Made by a program: the position numbers and the translations under genes. 64,000 nucleotides of DNA, taken from the human T2T-CHM13v2.0 reference genome, Homo sapiens. The first letter of the stretch is position 1. Every line of letters begins with the position of its first letter. The notes under the pieces are model-generated. The model was not told the origin of the DNA. It made no database searches and saw only the letters and a program-made list of their open reading frames with translations. The stretch lies in the NCBI RefSeq assembly GCF_009914755.1, contig NC_060947.1; one strand, written 5' to 3'. Shown here piece by piece: positions 40,319-54,430 of this stretch.

Positions 40319-41159
40319 GGTGTCATAGCCAACTTTGGAAGTGACCCTCAATGATCCCCACCTCCTGATCTTCACGCCATTGTGTATTGACTGTGGGCTA
40401 GATTGGCTTCTACTGAATAGAAGTGTGGGATAGGACACTTATTCTGAGGTTAAATTATAAAATAGCAAATGCCATGACTTCTATCTCACCACTGCATCCT
40501 TTCTTGCCCTCTCACTTAGTCATTCTGGTGAAGCCAGCCGCCATGTAGCACTACACAAACTGGCAAGGAATAAAGGTGATCTCTAGCTAACACCAGTGAG
40601 CATTTGAGGCCTGCAGTCCTCCAGCCTGCAAGAAAATGAATCCTCCCAACCACCCCGTAAGAGAGCCTGAAAGATTTCCAGTGGAGATTTGAGATAACTA
40701 TAGAGCTGGCTGATACTTCTAAGAGATTCTGAACCAGAAGACCCAGCTAAGCTGTGCCTGGACTCCTGAACTACATAAATAGTGAGATAATTAATGCTGT
40801 TGTTTTAAGCTGCCGAATTTGGGGATAATTAGGTTATGTAGCAATAGGTGGCTGGGTGCGGTGGCTCACACTTGTAATCCCAGCACTTTGGGAGGCTGAG
40901 GCAAGAGGATTGTTGAGGAGTTCAAGATCAGTCTAGGCAACATAGTGAGACTCCATCTCTGAAAAATAAAAAAAAAAAAAAAGCTAGGCATGGTGGTACA
41001 CACCTCTAGTCCTAGCTACTTAGGAGGCTGAGGTGGGAGGATTGCTTCAGCTCAGGAGTTTGAGACTGCAGTGAGCTATGATTGTGCCACCACACTCCAC
41101 CCTGGGTGATAGAGTAAAACCCTGGTTCTTAAAAAAAAAAGCAATAGGTTACTAGTACA
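40319..41159 (+). mobile_element. MLT1F/G-like MaLR LTR split near its 3' end by an AluJ
   Basis: CAATGATCCCCACCTCCTGATCTTCACGCC..CCCAGCTAAGCTGTGCCTGGACTCCTG..TGTTTTAAGCTG; ends ACTAGTACA. Confidence 0.8.
40850..41139 (+). mobile_element. AluJ SINE
   Basis: TSD AGCAATAGGT at 40840-40849 and 41140-41149. Confidence 0.93.
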
Positions 41160-41572
41160 TGGTGCTTTTGCCAAAATAAATAAATTAGAGGCAGAGATCC
41201 AGGAGGCTATGTGTCAGATGGCACACGTTATCTGGAAAAAAAAATCGAATTAACTCATCAGTCTCAGGTAAAGTTACTTAAAGTCAAATTGAAATATGAA
41301 AGCATAAGTATCTTTAAACAATTAAAAAATGCCATAAACATTTCGAATCCCATTTAATTTGCAATGGAGAATCTGAGGCTCTCTTACTTAGACCTTAAGC
41401 ACAGAAATATAAACACTGGAAATAATGAACTAAAATTTAAGCAAGCCTTGTTTATAAATTTTAAAGCAATTATGGTATTTGGTAAATATGTCTTAGGAAG
41501 GAAAAAGTTTGTTGAGAAGTAGCATCTTGTATTGAGGAATTCTCTTTGGAGTGAGGCGGGTAAAGGAGGTTA

Positions 41573-41980
<408 letters not shown>

Positions 41981-42032
41981 TTAAACTGTACAAGATATGC
42001 TTATTTTTTAGTATCCATTTTCTTTCTTCTAT

Positions 42033-42299
42033 GGAAAGAAGAAAGAAAGAGAGAGAGAGAGAAAGAAAGGAAGGGAGGAAGAAAGAAAGAGAAAGAAAGA
42101 AAGAAAGAAAAGAAGGGAGGAAGAAAGAAAGAAAGAAAAGGAAGGAAGGAAAGAAAGAAAGAGAAAGAAAAAAGAAAGAAAAGAAGGGAGGAAGAAAGAA
42201 AGAAAGAAAAGGAAGGAAGGAAAGAAAGAAAGAAAAAGAAAGAAAGAAAAAGAAAGAAAGAGAAAGAAAAGAAAAAGGGAGAGAGAAAGAAAGAAAGAA
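42033..42299. repeat. (GAAA)n/(GGAA)n pure-purine microsatellite, ~265 bp
   Basis: Only A/G on the plus strand. Confidence 0.95.
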
Positions 42300-42568
42300 C
42301 TCTCCTTGATCTATAACTGTTAACTGCAATTTTAAAAATTTAATCTGTAAGGAAGGTAGCCTGTAGCCATGAAGTATATAATAACAGAAAATCTTGTAAA
42401 ACACACAATGTTTTGTTTTGTTTCATTTTGTTGCTATAGGTAATTGGACTTTTCTTCATTTTAGCTGCAGAATTTTGCTACAGGAAATTAGATGTTCTCA
42501 CTTAGAATGGACCCACCAATCACACTTAATTTCACCACCATGGATTACCTAACCCCTAAGTCTCTCTT

Positions 42569-42609
42569 CACACACACAGACACAGACACACACAGGCACA
42601 CACACACAC
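42569..42609. repeat. (CA)n interrupted microsatellite
   Basis: Direct inspection. Confidence 0.85.
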
Positions 42610-42626
42610 TTACTTATGTACCATAC

Positions 42627-43439
42627 TGAAGCAGGAGATTTTCCCTGACCCCTTCACGGGTGAGAACTGGAGTGTACGGGTGCCAGCAGGGGCAAACTCC
42701 ACTCACTAGTACCTGCTGCGCTCAACCCCTCAAGGGAGGGAGCACACAGGTGAGTGGGTACAGAAGCTGGGGTGCTTTTGGGCATGTTTTTGGGTGCCAG
42801 TAGGAACAAACTCCATGCTGGCCCTGCAGCACCATCTGGGGGGCTGCCCATGACCCCTGAAGCCCCAGAAGGAATGTTACAGTCAGTGCTGCTTTAGTTT
42901 TGCCATCCATGGGTGGCTTAAGTGTTCACAGCACAGTGGAGAGTCAGTATGACAGCCTTTTGCAACCACACTTATGGCACCCGAGTTCTTGTCCGGCATC
43001 CAGTAGGAATGAGGTCGCATGAACACGTTGGAGATGGTAAGTGTGGAGGATGGGAGATGGGAGATTTTATTGCCCATTGAGGTGACTCTCAGTGGGAGTG
43101 GGAGCTGAGAAAGGAGACAGAGCAGGAAGGTAATCTTTGGAAGCTACACCATCAAGCCATCCCTCTAAATTCAAGCTATTGCTCTTCAATGTCCAACAGT
43201 AGCCTCTGATGTCCAGCTGCTTCTCCTCTTCTTCTCTCTGTTGGTGGAGCCTGGGGTTTTTATGGGCACAGGTTGGGGGATGCGGCAGGCTGTGGGTGGT
43301 TTTGGAAAAGGCAACATTCAAGCAGGAAAACAGGAATGTAAGTTCTCACTTTGGGCCTCAGTTCTAGGCTTGAGGGTGGGGCCCTCACTGGGGACCCGCC
43401 CTCTTCTGCCCAGAATTTCCCTCCCTCCTGTCTCTATCA
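42627..43439 (-). mobile_element. ERV1 solo LTR, LTR27/LTR28/MER52 group (same family as 25906-26683)
   Basis: TGAAGCAGGAGATTTTCCCTGACCCCTTC...CCCAGAATTTCCC..TCTATCA; TSD ATAC at 42623-42626 and 43440-43443. Confidence 0.88.
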
Positions 43440-44294
43440 ATACCATATCTCTCTTGTTGGTCAGCATGTTTCAAAATCTCAGAACTCTGCCTTCCCCATG
43501 TGGATAACTTGAAATACAACACAATACAAATTCTCATTCTTTCCTTGATTGTAAAGAAGGTCGTATATGGGTAACCAACCCTTTCTAATTTTTCTTTTTT
43601 TTCTGCACCAAGCCTTCCCTTTTCCACCAAATTCAGTCAGTCTTTCTCATTGTAGTGGAAGGAGTTGAGGTCGGGAGGGCCCAGGTTCTAATTGTACTCT
43701 ATCACTAGGAATGGCCAGGTCACTTCCAATCCTCTTTATAAGAATGATGAGTGAATTTAAATCTCTTTCAATTTATGTTCCTAACTACTATCTATTCTTT
43801 CAATGCAAGTTTTCTCACATATGAGTTTTTTTCTCCCTTTTAATCTTATGTCCATTAATCCAGTTGTCTTCCTTTAATTTAATTTCTAAGTAGCCTCCTC
43901 AATGATCTTGCTCTCAATGATCTTGCTCTTTTTCTGCCCCATACTGTACCTCTTACATTTTAGGACCACACCAAGTAATTATTTTAAACCATTGGTTTGA
44001 CTAATCACTTGTTAGTTGAAAGGCATTCCTCAATTTCCTGTTTTTCATCCTCCACAGACCTTTCCAATCCTGCTTCAACTATATTTTCAGCCCTAGCATC
44101 CCCACTGTCTGGCTTACAATATCTTAAAGTATCTGGAGTTTTTCTTCAGTCTCATGCTGTTTTCCCTGTCAGCAATATTGTTTCCATTTCTGTTTGGGAG
44201 TAAAAATCCCACCTGAGCAAATGTTTAACATAAAGTAATATAACATATATTTAACACAGCATAAAATTTTCACATAACGTATACTTTAACCTAA

Positions 44295-44581
44295 TTTTTT
44301 TTTGAGACAGGGTCTTGCCCAGGCTACAGTGCAGTGGCACAGTCATAGTTCACTGCAGGCTTTACCTTCGGAGCTCTAGCAACCCTCCCGTCTCAACCTC
44401 CTGAGTAGCTGGGAGTACAGGCACCTACCAGAAGCCTGGCTAGTTTTCATTTTTCAATTTTTTGTAAAGAGAAAGTCTCCCTACGTTGCCCAGGCTACTC
44501 TTGAACTCCTAGGTTTAAGTGATCGTCCTGCCTCGGCCTTGCAAAGTGCTGAGCTTACGGGCTTGAGTCACAATGCCCGGG
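44295..44581 (-). mobile_element. AluJ SINE
   Basis: Antisense dimer; TSD TAACCTAA at 44287-44294 and 44582-44589. Confidence 0.9.
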
Positions 44582-44614
44582 TAACCTAACATTTTTTAAC
44601 CTGACAAAGTTAAC

Positions 44615-44725
44615 CTGACAAATTTGTATGTGTGCAATACAATGTTGTTGACTCTGGGTACAATGTGGTATAGCAGATCTCTACAACTTATTCATATTGC
44701 TTAACTAAAGCTTCATGCCCATTCA
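44615..44725 (-). mobile_element. L1MA9/10-like 3' fragment
   Basis: GTGTGCAATACAATGTTGTTGACT..GCAGATCTCTACAACTTATTCAT. Confidence 0.6.
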
Positions 44726-45139
44726 TTATTTGGTTGTCTTTTAAATTGACCTTCTGTAAAGGTAAATTTACATCCCATTGTATGGGAAAGCCCCATGGTC
44801 ATGACCTTGATGGTTTACTTATATGATTTGCGTCCTCTTTCTTGGTGCACAGGGGATACACTCCATCCATACCTGTCAATATGATACTGCTAAACATAGA
44901 ATGCTGTTTCAGAGCTGAGTAAGTGGTAAGGCTGACATAATTTTGGTGGAGTTGCAATGGAACAGTGTAGGCATATGTCTAGTAGAGTGTTCAGTGAGGT
45001 TTAATTCTTATGACATTCCTCATGGTACAATATGAGGTCAGACATCAAAACGATGGATTTCCATGGTGTTTTCCCCCAGTGTTCAGCTACTATTTGAAAC
45101 CACTTTTATTTTATGTTGCCAGGGATTTCTGGAAGATGG

Positions 45140-45700
45140 GATTTTCTTTTTCTAGGTCAATGTAACAAATCAATATGAATTTAGTGCCATAAAACAACAT
45201 CCATTTATGAGCTCACAATTTCTGTGGATTGGACCTCCTAGCATAGTATGGCTCAGCTGGTTCTCTCCTTTGAGTCACAAGAAGAAAATAAAATTGGAGG
45301 CAGGGCTGTCTTCCTCTCTGGGAGCTTGAGCAGAGAATTGTTTCCAAAATCATCCTGGTGGTTTGGGAGAAGGCAGTTGTAGAATGGAGATCTCTGTTTA
45401 TTGACAAGCTGTTCTCAACTTCCAGGGGTCCTTGCTATTTCCTTGTTTATGGCTCCCTTTGAAGCCAGCAATGATGGGTCAAGTCCTGTTCATGCTCGGA
45501 ATCTCTCTGCCTCATTCTTACTCTGCCTCCCTCTTCCACACATCTCTCTAGGGCCTCATGGACTTTTAAGGGCTCATGTGATGACACTGGACTACCTGCA
45601 TACTCCGGGATATTCTAGTTTAAGGTCTGCCAATGAGTAACCTTAACTCCATCTGCAAGGTCCCTTCACGGCAGATTTTGGAGTCGTGTTTGAGTGAATA
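45140..45700 (-). mobile_element. MLT1E-like MaLR LTR
   Basis: TGTAACAAAT..AAAACAACATCCATTTATGAGCTCACAATTTCTG..TTTTAAGGGCTCATGTGAT..AGTAACCTTAACTCCATCTGCAA. Confidence 0.7.
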
Positions 45701-46056
45701 ACCAGGGGAAAGACTCTTGGGAGGACGTCTTTGAAGTGTGCCACCAAGATGGAGAGCAGTTAGCCCCATGTCCAGGGAAATCTCTAAAGCCAAAATCAAA
45801 CCAACAATGGAATGATAGCAGAAGCCAGAGGCAAGATGGGGGGAAATCAATGCTAGGTGTTAAACCATGTGATCCTTAGATTCAGATTCTTCTTGTAATT
45901 CAGATACAGATTCAGAAGAAGAAATGTAGATCCCTCTCCTTTGAGGTAGAGAGTAAATGCAGCAAACGGCTTGAGATAGTAGCTGTACCTACTCTGTGTT
46001 CTGTTCTACTCTTCTTTAGCAGTATTGAAACTCATGCCATGCTACGCATTTACCTC

Positions 46057-46831
46057 TGTGAAAGATAATATAATCTCAAGACCCCAAACTCAGCATACCA
46101 AAGGGAAAAGTGAAGCTTGGAAGCTGAGTCATGCAAAAACTGCCTTTCTTTTGTTCCCAAAACTGCAATTTCACAGCCCTGTGTCATTGCCTCATCCATA
46201 AGCCAGGTTCCTGCAACTATAGAAGGCCATGTATCTCCCCAGATGGCCTCTCTCACAAATTGCTCACAAGGAAATTCCTTGTGAGCCCCTAAATCTTTCA
46301 GGATACATATCCCCAGTATAAAGTAGCACTAAAGCCAAACTCTGCTGAATTTCTTCCTAACAATGTAAATTACTGGCTTATCTTCCCAGGTATGGGACAA
46401 AGACAAGTCTAGAAATCATTCCTACACTCATCCCAAGACAAATGTGGGACTGACTTTTTCTTCTACTCCCTCTTTCCACATGTTTATCCTATATTAAATG
46501 TAGATTTACAGAGTAGGGATGAATGCAGGATTGACTTTTCCTCTACTCCCTTTTCCACTGTAAAATGTAGATTCACTGAGCACTAATCAAAGCCTCACAA
46601 GAATGCAACCCACTTGCCTCATTGCTTGTCCATCTTCCTTTTTTTTTTCTTTCCCCCTTCCCCTTCTGTTTGCTCTTTCACCTTTAAATATTGAATTTCT
46701 CAAAACCCCCTTTGGAATAAGCACAGGTCGCAGATGTTCCTGTGATATGTTTTTTCCAGTGTGCCTCCTCAACCTAGGCAAAATAAACCTCTTATCGACT
46801 GAGATCTGCCCCAGTCCCTTTTTGGTCTACA
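46057..46831 (+). mobile_element. MER4-group ERV1 solo LTR
   Basis: TGTGAAAG..GACCCCAAACTC..CCAAAGGGAAAAG..GCTGAGTCATGCAA start; GCAAAATAAACC..TTTGGTCTACA end; TSD CCTC/CATC. Confidence 0.85.
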
Positions 46832-47987
46832 CATCCTAGTATTTTCTTTCAATATTCTCTCCACTGGAGAATATTGCTTTTTCTCACGGAATGTTTTTGA
46901 AGATCTCCAACTCATTCTCCAAGAGAAGGCATGAGTTCCCTTTTCCAGGAAACCTTTACTAGTCCTCCCTGGCCACATTTGCTGCATCTGCTTCAGTGTT
47001 TCTCTACAGCGCCTGCACTCTTCTATTCCCTGGAGCACACATTGCACTTTTTGCCGGCCTATCTTTAACTCTAGATTGTAGCTCCTTCATCTTTATTTCT
47101 ATGCAGCCTCTCAACAGTTCCTGAGATATGGTCAGCACTAAATCAATATTTGCAGAATGAAGTGTTATTATGATAAATTAAATAGCAGGTCAGTGATAAA
47201 TCGTGTTGTTGAACGTTGCTAGTGAAAGGCACACATAATTATTATGCTGCAGCTTTAGTGGTTACCTAGTGAACTCAAAAGTTTAGAGCATTTCTTTAGG
47301 GCTAAATGATTTTTTTGTGAATAACAAAAGCACAAAAGTACAATTAAATTTAAATATTTATGGTATGTTAACTTGCTAAGCCAAGGCAGCCAGAAGAAGA
47401 ATGCCTGAGAAAGCCGCAAGTCAACCCCAGGGGGAAATAAAAATCAACACTTCATCTGCAGAGTTGCAGCTAATTTGCTGTAACTAATACTATGACTTCC
47501 ATGGACAATGTCAAGAACAAAAGATTGCCACTGGAGCCTTGGTCCTTTGAGAACTGAGATTTATCACACACTCTACCATTAAGGTTGTGTGGGTAAATGA
47601 GGTTTTGAAAACTCTCTGTAGCCATCCTTGGTTGCTTTGAGTTGAGTCCTTGTCAAAAGTAGTATTTTACCCAGAGGAGCAATTGGCAATTTGCACAAAA
47701 CCCTTTAAAATACCTTTGCCTATGCTTTGCATGTTGGCATTTGGTCACCTTCCTATGTGCCTAAAGTATGAAAAGGAAGCATCAGTGATTTTACCAGTAA
47801 AGGAAGACAATCTCAGTGCTCTCAGTAGTTTGCCTACTAATTAGTTAGTTTAAGTGCTCTGTAAATTAACTGGCATGGATGGTGCCAGGAATTATTATTA
47901 TTGAATAACAATAATCTAGATGTGTGTTTATTTTCTATTGCAGTTGTAACCAGTGACCACACACTTAGCAGCTTAAAGCAAATCTCA

Positions 47988-48245
<258 letters not shown>

Positions 48246-48728
48246 AAGGAAAAGGAGGAGTCATCTAGGTGGCAGGTGGCTCAACAGGTTCTCTGAACTA
48301 GGTCTCACCAAGGCCAAACTCGAGGTGATCCCTAGATTGGAGTCTTATCTGGAGGTTCTGGGGAAAATCTGTTTCCAAGCTCAGTGAGATTTTTGGCAAA
48401 ATGCAGGTCTTTGTGATGTAGAATGGAGGTCCCCCTTTGCTAGCTGGCTGACAGCTGAGGGTTATTCTCAGATTCTAGAGGCTACCCACATTCCTTGGCT
48501 CACAGCCACCTTCCTCCTTCTTCAAAGCCAGCCACAGCTGACCTACTTTTTCTCATGCTTCAAATTGTTCCTGCCTCCTCTCTGCTGCATTTCTCTGAAC
48601 ACAGCCAGGAATGGTTCTCTTCCTTTAAAGGCTCATGTGATTAGATTGAGCTCACCCAGATAATTCAGGATATAATCTTTCCATTTTAAAGGCCATGGTA
48701 TAGGTGTGTACAAAGAGCCTTTGGCCAT

Positions 48729-49130
48729 TGTATGAATTTGCGTGGGCTACCATAACAAAGTACGACAGACTGGGTGACCTAAACAACAGATATTTATTCT
48801 CCCACAGTCCTGGAGGCTGGAAGTCCAAGATCAAGCTGTGGCCAGGGCTGCTTCCTCTGGAGGTCTCTCTCCTTGGCTTGTAGACACCATCTTCTCCCTG
48901 TGTCTTCATATAATCTTTCCTCTGTGTGTGTCTGTGTCCTAATCTCCTCTCCTTAATCCTATTGGATTAAGGCCCACTCTAGTAACCTCATTTAAAATTT
49001 TAAATTCTGATTTTGAACCTCATTTTAAATTCCTCTTTCAAGGACCTATCCAAATACAGCCATATTCTGAGGTCCTAGGGGTTAGGATCTCTGCAAGTGA
49101 ATTTGGGGAGCACATGATTTAGCTTATAAA
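48729..49130 (-). mobile_element. MLT1A/B MaLR solo LTR
   Basis: CCATAACAAAGTACGACAGACTGGGTG..CTGGAGGCTGGAAGTCCAAGATCAAG; TSD GCCAT at 48724-48728 and 49131-49135. Confidence 0.88.
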
Positions 49131-49421
49131 AGCCATGTAACATAGCATAATCAAAGGTTTGGGAGATTAAAACATGGATGCTGGTAGGAGGGGATGTTAT
49201 TTAGCCTACCACAAAGTTGAACTTTTGAAAAACAGCAAGTATTTGGGTATATCATGAGAACTAATACCCCAAAATTCCTGACATTTTTCTGTATCAATGA
49301 TAAAAGTTTTTCATAAACAGCTCTCCATTATACTTGAAACAATCTGCCTTCCTGAACCCCCAGTAGAAGGGCTCCCTCATACTTATATGGGATAATATGC
49401 AAACTAAGCTATGATTCATAA

Positions 49422-49730
<309 letters not shown>

Positions 49731-49767
49731 TAATCTAACCATCACTGACCTTGGATATCTTGAAATA

Positions 49768-49807
<40 letters not shown>

Positions 49808-49899
49808 GCCAAAGCCACCCAAATGTAATTATTTTTAGTGTTAAATAATCTAAATTTTATCTTATTATTAAGGTTAATGTCACCTGGTGAAGAACTTCT

Positions 49900-50105
49900 G
49901 TTCTGTCCAATTGAGTAGCCATCAGCCAATACGGCTATTTAAGCTAAAATTAGGACTTAAAAAGAGACAAAATTTAAAATTCATTTCCCAGATGTATCAG
50001 CCACCTTATATCAATATCCATGTGTGACTGATGGCCTTGATCCTTCACCTCATAAATATGGAACATTTCCATCATCACAGGGAGCTCTATTGGAGAACAC
50101 CAGTC
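49900..50105. mobile_element. MER3-like DNA transposon
   Basis: CTGTCCAAT..GTAGCCATCAGCCA..GGCTATTTAA; GAACATTTCCATCATCACAG..TCTATTGGA. Confidence 0.65.
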
Positions 50106-51694
50106 TAGACAGTAATATTCTGATCTTTTAATGATGTGATTCCCTCAAGCTCATGTATCCTGATAAAGGACATTACAGTCTGGATAAAGATTTCTTATTA
50201 CAGCAATATTTATGTTGATTAATTTATATAAAGGATAATTATCTATTAAATACAGAGCTAAAGAAATTAAGACCACCATTTATATTGAGGATGTCAATCA
50301 ATGAGGAAACATAATTTACAGAAGAGAAATCTGTCTGCTTCGTGTGCTTGGTTCAATGTTCTGACAGGTTTCCAGGCAAGTAATGCTGGTTTTCATCCAA
50401 TAATGATGGATTACACCCAGTAGACTCCCAAACGCTTGGCTTTCAGTTGATCATTCTTAGACTTGGTATTTCTCTAAAGAAGTTCAAGTAAAAATTGCTG
50501 AACTGTGAAAATTACCTCCTGATGCAGACACAGTCATTGTTTTATATAAAGAGAAAAAACCTTGTAATTCAGAGTGTATTAATGCAAGCTTGAGCTTTTG
50601 TGTATTTGCTAGGTGTCAAAGAAGTGCAAAACCTCATAAAAGTCCTTTACATTTGTTTATTTATGGATACCACCAAATGCTTAAATAAGTTTTATTTGAA
50701 TTCACATAACCCATTGATGTTTTAGGACAAATTTTAAAGCTGGACAGATCTTTAAAAACAAGTGATGACTTTGTATACCTCCTGGTGCTAATTGACAGTG
50801 CTAATGTGTGGATTCACCATGGAAATCTAGAAATGAGAGCTATATGAATAGAAACAGAGGAGTGGAACTGTGAAGGACAGCCTGTTTTTGGCTTCTCTAT
50901 CAGAAAGAACAAAATCTCTTTACCAGTTGACATTAACCTGAATAGTAAGGTGAAATTTAGATTATTTAACACTAAAAATAATAAGATTTGGTTGACTTTT
51001 TTGTATTCCAAGGTATTCAAGATTAGTGATGGTTAGATGAAAAACCATAGCGAAGTTTGCACATTATCCCACAAAAATATGAGGGAGCCCTTCTTTTGAG
51101 GTTTCAGGATGCAAGACTGTCTCAAGTATGATGTAGCAGCTGTCTAGATAATGTTGGCAGCTCATGGCCTGATCAATATCTGTGTACCTGGATTTTGGTG
51201 AATATACTGTTGGTATTTATAAGACCAGTACTCTCCAAATGTAAAGGTATGTTTCAAGTGAGCAATGGCTAAGCCTGTACCTATCTCCCTGGTTGTGTGA
51301 CTCCATGTGTACAAAACTGGTATGTAAAGATTTTCTCTGCATGTGAATGAGAACTCCCACATCATTGGTATCCTGTCAAGTCTCCATCTATTAGACATCA
51401 ATAACATGGAAGCATTTTACCACCTACAATTTTTCTCTAGCCCAAAATATATCCAACACTGGAAGATCCCTGCCTCTACATGGTGAAGCCTTCTAATCTT
51501 TTGTTCTCAGAGGTGTAGAAGAAAGCTCTAGAATTAAAATGTTAGGACCTCAAATCATGACACAACCACCCCCCTTATGTTTGGTGTTGGGTGGGTCATT
51601 AAACTATTCTGAGCATCTGATTAAAACTACAGACACAAACAACTATTAATCCAGGTTGTTGGAAATACTAAATCTGATGCATATAAAGCACCAA

Positions 51695-52760
51695 GGCTCT
51701 GTGCACTTTTCCTGTAAAACACCAAATTGTAAATATGTTAGGCTTTGCAGGCCATCCGACTTTGTTGTAGCTATGTAACTCTGCTATTGTGACTTGAAAG
51801 CAGCCATAGACATTATCTAAACAAATGGGCACATCTGTGTTCCAATAAAACTTTATTTACACAAAGCAATTGTGGGCCGGTATGTAGGTAAAAATTCTGT
51901 CACCATGTTTTTCCTCTGCTCTCACCACCACAACAATCATCAACACAGAAGAATAAGACAAATGTGTAGGGTTTTTACTCACACAAAAAACAGTGGACAC
52001 CATCTGGTTGTCCTCCAATTCAGTTCTGACACTCTCTACCCAGAGATAGCATCAGATCCCACAGGTTAAGGGCTCAGTCCCATAGACCACCCTCTTCTTT
52101 CCCCCAGTCACAAGTTCAGGCCTCCGGTACTTCTGACCAAGTGACTTCAAGTTGTGGTTCCCACAATCTCCTCTTTGGGTTTGATTAATTTGTCAGAGTG
52201 GCTCGCAGAACTCAGAAAAACACGTATAGTGGTTGTTAAGAAGGATATTTTAAAGAATACAGATAAACAGCCAGATGAAGACACATAGGGTGAAGTCTGG
52301 AACTGTCTGGAGTGAGGAGTTCTTTCCCTGTGGAATTGGGGTGTGACACTGTGCCAATACATGGATGAGCTCTTCATCCCCCTTCTGTTGACCTCCACGT
52401 GTTCAGCTCTCCAGAAGCCCTCCACACCCTGTCCTTGGGATTTTTCTGGATGCTTCAGGATGTAGGCATGATTGATTAAAACATTGGCCATTGGTGATCA
52501 ACTTGATCTTCAGCCCATCTTCCCTCTCTGGAGGTAGGGGATGCAGCTAAAAGTCCCTACCCTCTAATCCGGCCTTGGTCTTTTTGGTGACCAGTGCTAC
52601 CCTGAACCTATCAGACAAAAGACACATAAAAGACAGCACTTAGGAGATCCCAAGGATTTTAGGAGTTATAAGCCAGAAACTGTGCATGAAAACCAATATA
52701 TATAAATGTCATAACACTACAGCCAGATTTGCCCTGGGATATAGATTGTAGACTCTTGGT
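51695..52760. mobile_element. MER58A split by a MER21 LTR
   Basis: GTAAATATGTTAGGCTTTGCAGGCCAT..AAAGCAGCCATAGACA..GTTCCAATAAAACTTTATTTACA; resumes GCCAGATTTGCCC at 52722. Confidence 0.75.
51883..52721 (-). mobile_element. MER21-family LTR
   Basis: GTCCTCCAATTCAGTTCTGACACT..GAGATAGCATCAGATCCCACAGGTTAAGGGCTCAGTCCCA..GGCCATTGGTGATCAACT. Confidence 0.85.
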
Positions 52761-53954
52761 GTATAGCATCTAATAATGTTTGGCCAAAAATATAATAGTT
52801 GGCCAGGGGACATTACCATCTAACACTTTATGTCCTTCTCTCCCCTTAAGTCTCCTTAATTTTAACACTTGATGTTTATAAAGTAACATTTTCCTACTTT
52901 ACCAATCATATAATTTCTCTTTTTAGCTTATATTGTTTGTTTGGAATGAAGGAAAACCCTACATTTCTTATTTATACAGTTTCTAAAGTCTCATGGAAGA
53001 TTAACAATAGTTGTCCACAACTTTAAGAATTGGAAATAGTCTAGAAATAATTATCAGATTCATTCTACCTTCCAGGTGTTTATTACCTATCCACTTTTGA
53101 TTTGGAAACTTTAAAGTATTTAGGAGAGCATTGTCATTAAAAGATGAAGTTATTATCAGAAGCCTGTTGCAGAAAACTTTTCAAAAATTGAATAAGAAAG
53201 ACTATATAATCTCTGAGAGCCAACACCATAAACATACTTTGCTTAGACTTCATCCTTTTTAAGTGTGGAGGCTTATTTCCTAAATCATGCTTGTGATGTT
53301 ATGATCTAGTGTAAATAAAAGCGAGATATCTAGATCCCAAATTGTACCTGCTATAAAATTTACAGTATTAAGTTTTTGTGCTGTGTTTTCTGACAAGATC
53401 TAGGGATGTATCCATCTGCAGAACTTTAAACATTAGCTGCTTCTGTGTGGTGAGGCAAAACACCAGCACACAGCTACCAACTTCCAGCTCGATATTATTA
53501 CTAATGAAATGCTGCTAATAGTTATAAAATGCACACAGAGATGATTATAGGGCCCTCCCTACAAGACAAGAACATGCTATTGTGAATAGTGCTGCATAAT
53601 GAACACATTGTGAATAACGCACATATGGTGTTTCTGTCCCATTGCTGCAGGAGTTCCTGAAATCAGTCTTCTCTGATCCTAGACATTGAAACTCCCTGTA
53701 CTCACTGTGACCAACCCCACACTCTGTGCTGGTTTTGTGCCTCACCATGTAGATGCAGCTGATGTTTAAAGTTATACAGATGCACATATCCCTAGATCTT
53801 GTTGGAAAATTCAGCACAAAAACCTTATACTGTAACTTTTATAGCACCTACCAGTTGGGTTCTAGACTTTCCAGGGACCTTACCTGTTTAGTCTTAATTT
53901 ACAGAGGCAGGTCCTTCTCACCATGGTTCTCTTGGTGTGTTCTTTCCTTTCCTT

Positions 53955-54430
53955 CTTTTTTATTTTTAGAGACAGTGTCTCACTCCGAGTTCAGTGGTAC
54001 AATAGTAGTTCAATGCAACCTTGAACTCCTGGGCTCAAGTGATCCTTCCACCTCAGCCTCCCGAGTAGCTGGGACTAATGGTGCCTACCACCTTGTAGAT
54101 AGAGCATCTCACTATGTTGTCCAGGATGTCCTCGAACTCTTGGACTCAAGTGATCCTCCCACCTCAGCCTGAATAGCTGGAACTAAAGGTGCATGCTACC
54201 TTGTAGAAATGGGGTCTTTCTATGTCACCCAGGCTTGTCTCAAACTCCTGGGCTCAAGCGATCCTCTCACCTCAGCCTCCTGAGTAGCTGGAACTAAAGG
54301 TGCCTTCCCCTTGTAGAGATGGGGTCTTGCTATGTTACCCAGGCTAGCCTTGAAATCCTGGACCCAAGTGATTCTCCATTTCAGCCTCCCAAAGCACAGG
54401 GATTATAGGGGTGAGCCACCATGCCTGGCC
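53955..54430 (-). mobile_element. AluJ-derived element with an internal ~110-bp tandem amplification
   Basis: GAACTCCTGGGCTCAAGTGATCC-like motif recurs at ~54021, 54132, 54240 and 54350. Confidence 0.85.

Noticed and set aside
43901-43929. 15-bp tandem duplication AATGATCTTGCTCTC (and a similar 18-bp one near 23496-23531)
   Set aside because: Ordinary slippage micro-duplications with no further structure
54021-54430. Regularly spaced repeats as a CRISPR-like array
   Set aside because: Units are Alu-derived, the intervening sequences are homologous rather than unique spacers, and the DNA is primate with no cas genes
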